From the human T2T-CHM13v2.0 reference genome, Homo sapiens, in assembly GCF_009914755.1 (NCBI RefSeq), contig NC_060927.1: a DNA stretch of 64,000 bases. One strand, written 5' to 3'. Below, one piece after another: positions 55,470-64,000 of the stretch (position 1 is its first letter; every line of letters begins with the position of its first letter). The translations under genes and the position numbers were made by a program. Below the pieces are notes generated by a model. The model was given only the letters and a program-made list of their open reading frames with translations, was not told the DNA's origin and searched no databases.

Positions 55470-56528
55470 CAGCTGTTTCTCAAATTCCAGGAGATCCTCA
55501 AACCTATCTTAGGAGGGTCCATGAGTTCTCAAAATTGTGTTTTGTTTAACTTTCTGTTTTCACTTTCATGATCACCTTTTTTTAAGAATCAATAGAAACA
55601 TATTCTGGATCATCTGAATGGCCATGTTATGACTAAGTGCTACCACATAATTTCACCATATATACTCTTGCATTTATACTGTAGTTGATGCTATGGTCTG
55701 AATATCCCGGAAAATTCATATGTTAAAACTTAGTCCCCATTGTGGTGATATTGAAGGGTGGGGGCTTTGGGGAAGTGATTAAGTCACGAGGGCTCTACCT
55801 TAAAGAATGGATGAGTGACTGACAAAAGGGCTGAAAAGAAATAGCTTAGGCCCTTTGTTGGTTCCTGTTCCTTCCACTGTGTGAAGACACAAGGTCCATC
55901 CCCTTTGGAGTGTGTAGCAACAAGCAGAGAATAAGCCTTCACCACACATTAAGCTTGCAGGTGCCCTAATCATGGCCTGCCAGTCTCCAGAACTGTTGGG
56001 AAAGAATCTCTGTTCTTTACAAATTACCCAGGCTCAGGTGTTTTCCTATGGCAGCACAAACAGACTGAGACAGTTGGCATCAAGAAACATTATTTTAATT
56101 ATCACAGGCTAATGAGAAAATAACAAATCAGGTTTAGTGTATAGAAAGGAAACTGATGAGAAAATTGAGCCATCATAAAACCTTGTGGCATGGCACACTG
56201 CACACCAAATTCATAAGAACCTGAACAACAGCTGTTATAACCAGAAATAGGGATTTCATTTTAGCAAAAATAACTTCATCCAGAACATTAAATTCATGAG
56301 GTTAATCCAAATGTATTTGACTTGTAGCTGTGTTGATATTTTATTTATATATTTGTTTTGGTTATGTGGTCATATGAAAGCTCTAAGTATAAAGAGTTTA
56401 GACCCATGTAAAACTACTACATATCTGAACTGCACTATAATAAAAATAATTTAAGCAACACTAGGAATCTACAAGAATTTTTTTCCTTTAAAGGAATTCC
56501 CATATTACTCTTATTTGAGAAACTGTGG
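55470..56528. mobile_element. hAT-Charlie-like DNA element inside an L2, itself interrupted by a MaLR LTR
   Basis: Inverted ends tttctcaaa (about 55476) and tttgagaaa (about 56514); L2-like sequence on both sides. Confidence 0.5.
55689..56072 (+). mobile_element. MaLR solo LTR (MSTD/MLT1A-like)
   Basis: tgctatggtctgaat ... aaacagactgagaca; TSD GTTGA/GTTGG (4 of 5). Confidence 0.8.
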
Positions 56529-57663
56529 CCTCAGAATGAGGCTTAAGCTTCATAACAAGACATATGTGGGAGAGTTGATATTCTCTGACTTTTTCTTCCA
56601 TCCCAGCCCCCATCCCCTATTTCCCAGCCCCCTGCGCCCACAATTAGTTCTGACCAATGGGCTGTGGACAAAAGCAACATTGCATTCATTCCAGACGAGC
56701 CAGAGAGACACTCTCCCTCTATCTCTTCCTGCACTGGTGACTACAGTGGCCACATTTTCCAGATGGCAAGGCTGAAAACTGGGAGAAGCTCTGTCTACTT
56801 GGCTATCAATTGACCTGTGAGGGACACACATTGTGTGTGAGAAGTAACCTTCGTTGAGTTAAACTACCAAGATGATGAAGTTGATTTGTTACTGCAGCAA
56901 AGCTTAGAAAACCCTCCTGACTAATACACTTCATGAACTGAGCTCTGCTCCCTGATCAAGTCCTCCCCATCACACTCCATGCTCCAAACAACTCTTAGTT
57001 CAGTGACCTGAACACACCAAGCTGTTTCATCATGGCAGCCTACTTTTGCACATGCTGTTCCTCAGTCTTAAAATACTATTCCACACACTCTTCTGCCCTC
57101 CTCCAATCCCAGACACAGTGATTTATCCATCAAAACCCAGTTCAGATTTAATTACCACCAGGAAGGGTTCCTCCCTTTCTTAACTCTCTTACCTGCCTCT
57201 CCATTACCCTAACGCCACAGAGTGCTCATCTCACCATATCATAATCGTACATTTCTATGTCTCACACCTCCTCACCCACTCCCCGCAATCACACTGTGGC
57301 AGGGGCAGTGATGGGCCAATGGCTTATTCATCTCTACATCCTCAGGGCCAGCATGCAAGAGCAGGCAGTATTTGGCCATTTGGCCAGGAAGAATTTCCTC
57401 CAGGAGGCTGGTCCTAGGGCATTTGAAGGAAGCTGGGTTTGATCCATTATCTACCCAGTAGGAACATCCTACTCAACAGCAGCAATTCCTAGCTCTCTCT
57501 ACCCCAGCTCCAGGCCAGACCTGCCTAGGAGGCCTGAACCCTCCCCATCATCTCTCCAAACACAGTGCTCTTCAGGTCCCACAAAGGACTCAGGCTTTAC
57601 CCAAGAGGGAGTAGCCTAGGGCCTTGTACTCAAAATGTGGTCCCTAAAGAAACAACATCTACA

Positions 57664-57979
57664 TAGTATTCCATGGTGTATATGTGCCACATTTTCATTC
57701 TCAGCAAACTATCGCAAGGACAAAAAACCAAACACCGCATTTTCTCACTCATAGGTGGGAATTGAACAATGAGAATACATGGACACAGGAAGGGGAACAT
57801 CACACACCGGGACCTGTTGTGGGGTTGGGGGAGGGGGGAGGGATAGCATTAGGAGATATACCTAATGTTAAATAACGAGTTAATGGGTGCAGCACACCAA
57901 CATGGCACATGTATACATATGTAACTAACCTGCATGTTGTGCACATGTACCCTAAAACTTAAAGTATAATTAAAAAAAG
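57664..57979 (+). mobile_element. 5'-truncated, 5'-inverted L1PA (about PA3/PA4) insertion
   Basis: Young L1 3' UTR at 57697-57979, inverted 33-nt L1 piece at 57664-57696, exact 18-bp TSD aaagaaacaacatctaca at 57646-57663 and 57980-57997. Confidence 0.95.
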
Positions 57980-60964
57980 AAAGAAACAACATCTACAGAA
58001 CTTAGGAGCTAGGGAGAAAAGCAGAATCTTAGGCCCCACCCTAGACCTCCTGAATCAGAATCTATATTTTAATAAGATCCCCAGATGATTCATATGTCCA
58101 GCAATATTCAAAAAGTACTGGCCCCAGGCAGCCAAACAGAATCCATTCAGCTAAAAGGTAACTTTAATAACAATACTTTTCATTTGTAATAATATCTGGT
58201 AATTGCTTTACATCACTAAATCCTCAGAGCAATTTGAATATGCCCATTTTACCAATAAGGAAACCGAGGCTCAGAGTAGTTGGGTATCTCGCTCAGGATC
58301 ACATGGGTTTGAGGGGCCAGAGCCCAAATGTGAAAGCAATTCTGATGGACTCACCTCCATAACTACACACTACATGACACCCTGCCCTTTGCAAATTCTG
58401 TCAACATTTAGCCTTCAAAACCAGCCCAAGCAGCTCTGGAGACTTCCCTGTCCCTTCATGCAGCCACTGATCTGGTGATTATCTCTATTCTACCACTTGC
58501 TATCCACATCATGATGCCTCTACATACACCACTGTCCCCAAGAGATTGCCAGTTGTCTCTGTATAAAGATTTTATGGGCTTCCCCTATAATCATTGGATG
58601 AGTCCATGAAAATATTTCCCCTTTGACCATCAAAGAACACTCTGAGGCTGGCTGAACAATTGCTATTAAATGAATGGTGAAGATACTGAGGTTCCTAGAG
58701 AAGTTCAGTGACTTGCCCCAGGTCACCAGGAGGCTTCAGAACTCTGAGGATGGAGCCAAACTCCCCTCCCCAATTCCCAGTACAGATGTCTTCTTCCCAC
58801 TCTTTCACTTTCCCTAGATTTCTCTCTTCTGACCTACATTACCAAGCAGTTAACAAAAACATTCTTTTCAAAGAACTCCCCCACGTATGCATCTTCAAAA
58901 GGGGCTCTGCTCCACCAGCAGACGGGCAAAATTTAGACATTATCAAGAGGCCACCAAAGGAAAAGGTGAGGAAACTCAGGATGCCAGATCAGATACAATG
59001 ACCCTCCTGGATCCAAGGAAAGGAAAACGTCTTCAAGCAAGAGCCTCCAACTAAAGCAGCCCATCCAAGCCCCTACCCAGTAACCTCACCGTCAAGACAA
59101 GACCCCTCTGAGAACTTCTGGAGGCTGGTGGAGACCTACCCACCCTCCCTGACCAGGCACCACCACCCGCCTGCAGGCTGCAGGATTGAGATTCCACCAG
59201 CCAAAGCAGCCCTTTTCCTCCCCTTTGTTGGCTTTAGAAAGAAACTAAGACTGGCTTGTCCAAAGAAAACCAAAACATCTGCCTGAAATATTCAAATATT
59301 TAGGGGAAAAAAGGGGAAAATCCCTCTTTGGGGGATTTTTTCTTGGGAAAAAAGAGAAGCCAGAAATGAGATCCTGGGACAACTAAGCAACTCTGTTTTT
59401 TGCTTTTCTGAGCACCACGCCACCATGATCATTGAGTACTGTGTGCACTGCCAAAGAAGCACTGATCAGGGGGCTAGTGGACACTGAACACCTGTCTGCC
59501 AATCCGTTGCCTGGGCATGGGGATCCATCTGCCCAGAAGGGAACACCTTTTGTGAATTCATACAAAGGCACCCTACAGGTTAGCATGGGCTACCTATTAC
59601 CGATGTTAGTCATGTTTGGATAACATAGGAAGAATAAAAACATTGACAGTGAGAAGGGTCCATGTTTTTATCTGGATTCCTTAGAATCAGATCCTGAGAT
59701 AAGAATTCCTATGAAAGTGTATTAGGAGATATTCCTAGGAAAAAATGGTAGGGATGTGAAGAAGTAAAACAAGAAAAAGTAGCAAGCCAAGCGAGGGAAA
59801 CAAGCCAAGCAAAGAACCATAGAGGTCAATTTGACACAACTCCACATTGGATCTCTGGAAACAAAGGATGTCATGCTTCAGAGTGTCCCAATCAAGGGCA
59901 AAGAAGCTGGACTATTTATACTCCAGCACCCATCAGTCATTGAGGAGGGGCTGCCCCAGGGGAGATGTAAATTCCCAGGCACTCCCTGTTCTGAGTCCCT
60001 ACAAACATAGGCTCTGCCGCCCAAGGGTCATCCTCCAACAAAGAGATGGAGGGACTGGCAATTGGAAGTGAAGGCACCCAGGGTACCAATACGCACCAAG
60101 ATGGCAAAGCTCACCATAAAAGAACATGACTCAAAAATCTTTCAAACCTAAATGAAAGGAGTTACAGAACATCTTTCAGAAAACACTTTCTGCCCCTCTT
60201 TGTTCTTTCTTCAGTGAAGCAATTTAAATATTAAATTGAAATGCTTTTCTAAAGTTGGGCTGTGAGGCAAACCCAATACTCTTTTCTTTTTTTTTTTCTT
60301 CCTGAGGGTCTTGCTTCTTGCTACTTTATCCTAAGGATAAGCACAATGCTTGCCTATTGCTGTAGATGCCTCATTGATCAAGATCATTAGCTCAACATCA
60401 GCCCAACAGATCTCCACTGTAAGCAGTTACACAGACACTTCACAGCTCCTAATACAATCATCAAAGTGCAGGGCCACCTAATTAATGCCAAGAGGTTTTA
60501 TGACAGCCAATGATGAAGGTGGGACCCTGCTTCAATTTAACAGCTGTCATCTTGGACAATACATCAAGGAAAGGAAATGGAATCAACTAGGAGGGGGTGA
60601 GGTGGAGGAATGACTAACTGTTAGGATTGAATAACAACGGAGTTCCCTCCACAACTTCTCACACACTTCCCCCCTCCCAGCAGGCAGATACTCTGAAAAG
60701 GTGTCCCCAGACGCCTCTGCCAAGGACTGGCACAGCCTTCTCCCTTCCTCACCACACCTCGCCCCCAGGGCCAGACATGGAAAGGAGTGTAAATGTGATC
60801 CTATATTTGAAATTAATTGATAGGATATTTCACGAGCTCAGATTTTTTTATATTAATTCCCAAATGCTCTGCCTGTATCCTTTTTCCTAATCATCTTTGG
60901 TTCTTCTGTGTTTCTTTAGTTCTAAGGAGGGTTTCTTGTCATTTAGATGGGTCAGAGACCTCTA

Positions 60965-61150
60965 GAGACCTGGATCCAACTCCAGCTCCGCTGCTATGGA
61001 GCCGTGTGACCCTGGGCAAGGCACGAGCTCTGTGGGCCTCAGTTTTCTCATCTGAGAAATGGGGATAATTCCATTCTTTACAGATTTGTGGAGAGGATGA
61101 AATACGCTTAACTCTAGGTGAAGCGCTTGGCATGTTGAGTTGCACAATAA
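60965..61150 (+). mobile_element. MIR SINE (others at about 6490, 8900, 22290, 33960, 37380, 41820, 48020 and 58240)
   Basis: Core gtgaccctgggcaag...gggcctcagttttctcatctgagaaatggggataat. Confidence 0.75.
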
Positions 61151-61318
61151 ATGTCAGCTCCCTCCCTGCGCCTTCTCCCTTCTGCAGCCTCACCGCACCT
61201 GCACCTTGAAAGACACCCAGTGCGTTTCCCAGGAAGGGCCCCCCTGCTGGCGAGGGAAATAAAATCAGCTCCGGAGAGCGTTATTCCCCTAGAAAGCAGG
61301 TTTCAGGTGGTGTACACC

Positions 61319-61384
61319 CGCACGCGCGCGCGTTTACACACACGTACACACACATACACACGTACACACACATACACACACACA
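61319..61384. repeat. (CG)n plus (CA/TA/CG)n alternating purine-pyrimidine tract
   Basis: cgcacgcgcgcgcgt-t-tacacacacgtacacacacatacacacgtacacacacatacacacacaca. Confidence 0.9.
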
Positions 61385-61525
61385 GTCCTCCGTACACCCA
61401 CGCGGGGTCTGGCACTGCTGCTACATCCCGCACGGAGCGGGGTCCAGAGTTAGGGCGAATGAGTCCTCCCGCCCCCGCCAAGGTGGCGCCCAGAACGGGT
61501 CGGTGCCGGAGCGCACGGTACTCAC

Positions 61526-61607
61526 CCGGGGCAGGCCGCGCCGGGCAGGCTGGGGCTGGCCGGGCCGGGGGCGGCGGCGGCTGCGGGGCTGGAGTGGCGG
61601 CGGGCAT
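61526..61607 (-). CDS. DCLK3: DCLK3 coding exon 1 (MPAATPAPQPPPPPARPAPACPARPAP-G), long isoform
   Basis: ATG at 61607 in GCC-ATG context inside the CpG island. Donor G|GTGAGT at 61525. The 82 nt (phase 1) join exon 2 in frame (G+GA = Gly). Confidence 0.9.
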
Positions 61608-63949
61608 GGCGCGGCGGCGGGCTCGGGGAGAGCCTGGAGCAGAGGTGGCAGCGCGGGGACGCGGCTCGACGGTCGAGCAGGCGCGGGAAGGCGGGGCGCG
61701 ACGAGCAGCCACGAGCCCGCGCCGACTCTCCCTCTTCTCTCCCTCCCGCCGCCCGCCGCCCGCCTGCCAGCCCCGCGCCGCGCAGCGCCCTGCGACAGCC
61801 ACCGGGAACGTCTCCGGGGGCGCGGGACTTAGCAACCGCGCACCAGCTGCAGCCGCCCTCTCTGCGCCGGTCCCGCCATGCGCGCCGCTCCTGGCCCTGG
61901 AGGCCGGGCGGGGCCGGGCTTTGAACTTGCTCCCACACCCCCTGCTTCTCCAGTGAGCGCCCAAAGGCGGTCCCGCCTCTCCCCGGTCAGCGGAGTCCAG
62001 CCTTTCTGCTCTCCTTCCCCGCGCAGTTCCGCGGTGGAACCTGGCTGCGCTGGGTTTTGAACGTGCGCTTTGCCCCTGTTCTCTGTGGGTGGGTGGCAGC
62101 CCAAAGGCGACCCCAGGACCACCAGCCATCCTCGTGCCTCCCTGCAGGGCAGGGGCCAGACTTTCCACACCACTTCCTTCCTCCTATCCCATTCCCGCTC
62201 CTTGGATACACTGACCGTAGGTCCCAGGGCCGTTCTACTCTAACACCCTTGTTGCCCCCCAGATTCAGAGACCTGCTTACACTCTGGTCCACACCCATGG
62301 TCTCAAAGACTTAGGCTGCAAAACGTTCCTCCAGCCTAGTGGCTTCTTGGTACCATCTGAAGGCAGCTCGATGGCCCCTTGCTTTGTTGTACCTCTTCCC
62401 AGCACCACACACCTGTTCCTCATATTTGCAGGTCCCTCAGGTCTGCAGTGCGGGGTCTGGGGACCCATATTCCCGGGTACTGACTCCCAGATCTCTCCTG
62501 CGTCAGATAATAAATTCACTGGATCAGCCATACCCTTCTCTCCACAGGGCCGTTGACATGATTACAGAGTGGTCTGGCTTTTGCCTTTATCAATCAAGTC
62601 ACAAAGTGGTCTTGTCTGTTGGGTCTGATGTTGCTGTTCTGTGAAATTGTTTATGCTCAACAGAACGCCAAGGCCGAGCTGATAGAACCAGACCAGCTCC
62701 CAGATGGCAGGGGCTGTCTTTCTCTTTATCACACATAACAAGAAGCCTGGAAGAAGGCTCCTCTGTGTGTGTTCAGCTGCTCAGGGATGACGTTAAGGAC
62801 TCAGTCTCTTTCCATGATTCCACATGGCCACCTTCAACATCTTGCCTTTTCTCCTCAGACTTGTTGCCTCAAGGTTCCAAAATGGCTGCAACAGCCATGC
62901 CATGATGCTGCTGTGCAAAAAATAACTCCTGGTTCTAGCTGGTTTGTTGGCCAGGTACTCTGAAGTCATCATCAAGGACAGTTTTCAGCAATCCAGTTCA
63001 CCAATGGTGAACACAACAAATGCCCTGCCTTCAAGTCACTCACCTTCTAGTAGGGGGAGACAGATAATAAAATACACAAGTATGGTGATAAATAGTATGA
63101 AGAAAAATGAACCAAGAAAAAGGGAATGTGATTATGTAAGTTGAGTGGTTGGGAAAGGTAACATTTGAGTAAAAACCCGAAGGAAGAACCTATTGGAAAT
63201 CTCTCTGGGAGACAAGTGTCCTTGAGATACTTACACACTTTCTTTTTAAAATCACTTACTTTTCTCTTTAACAGCCACTCTTCCTGGCCCTATCACCTAT
63301 ATTTTAGGAGAAAATAAAAGTTAAATAAACTGAGTTTTAGTAAAAAGGTTTAAGCTTTGTAAAGGAGAGATCAGATGACTTGTGTTTTCTTCCTTGCAAA
63401 AGCAGCAATCTCACAGTGTTTAATTATTGGCTGGATTATCATGATTTAAATACGAACTAGATATACACATATCAAGCAATCACAATGAACACCTTAAGTT
63501 ATCAGATTACTTCACAAGAGTGAGGGATATATCTTGTTGAATATTGGCAAAGAAATTGCTAATTGCCTACTCAACACCTATTTTCATTTCTGATCCGGTA
63601 TTTTAAAAAAAATGTTTTTTAGCTAAGCATACTACCACCTGCAATTTAAAAAAAATACATTTTCTAGCCTCCCTTGCAGCAAGGAGTGATGATATGAAAA
63701 GTTTCTGGCCAATGAAATATAATTGTAAGTGTTGTATTGGATTTTCAGTAGATGCCTTAAAGATGCTGATTTGGCTGACAGATGCACTCCTTTGTCCCTT
63801 TTCCTTCATCCTGGAATCCAGGTATAATGATGTGGTAGGTGAGATTATTAATTTCAGTTATTCACTCCATTCCTCAATTGAATTGGACAATCCACCCTTT
63901 ATGGTACTTGGAGTGTGTTTCCCTGTACCTTGACTTTAGGCTTGGCCAT

Positions 63950-64000
63950 CTTTCTTTTTCTTTCTTTTCTTTTTTGTTTTGTTTTGTTTTTAACTTTAAA
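63950..64000 (-). pseudogene. Possible decayed poly(A) tail and last bases of a processed pseudogene (HSPD1-derived?) lying beyond the window
   Basis: Minus strand reads tttaaagtta followed by an A-rich tail. I recall the HSPD1 mRNA ending ...tttaaagttaa and an HSPD1 pseudogene next to DCLK3, but only about 10 unique bases are visible. Confidence 0.4.

Larger units (their letters stand above)
61300..62130. promoter_or_regulatory. DCLK3: CpG island / DCLK3 promoter and 5' UTR
   Basis: Very GC- and CpG-dense block around exon 1, unlike the CpG-depleted rest of the window. GC box GGGCGGGG at 61906-61913. No TATA box seen. Confidence 0.9.

Noticed and set aside
61459-61956. 165-aa plus-strand ORF in the CpG island
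   Set aside because: Stop-codon scarcity in GC-rich DNA; low-complexity Ala/Arg/Gly content.

Overview
Human (primate) genomic DNA. The window holds the complete minus-strand gene DCLK3 (doublecortin-like kinase 3). I reconstructed five coding exons by hand from GT-AG sites and reading-frame continuity: 61607-61526, 36418-34542, 19004-18872, 15522-15355 and 12866-12673. Together they give 2454 nt, or 817 aa plus stop: a Pro-rich N-terminus, one DCX domain, a long charged linker and a CaMK-group kinase domain. An internal ATG at 35993 gives the 648-aa short form. A CpG-island promoter lies at about 61.3-62.1 kb, and there are two candidate poly(A) signals (12294 and 9794). The rest is typical intronic and intergenic repeat content: 12 Alus, a full-length THE1 MaLR provirus with target-site duplication (TSD), solo MaLR/ERVL LTRs, L1 and L2 fragments, and hAT/Tigger/Mariner relics. 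Nearly all other ORFs in the track are spurious. I found no convincing novel multi-gene system. The best leads are regulatory: a 60-bp tandem duplication carrying two perfect heat-shock elements just upstream of exon 2 beside a THE1 LTR with a DUX4 motif, an L1-donated poly(A) signal, Alu orientations compatible with back-splicing, and non-B DNA motifs around exon 1. Repeat subfamily names are from recall of consensus sequences, not from a search.
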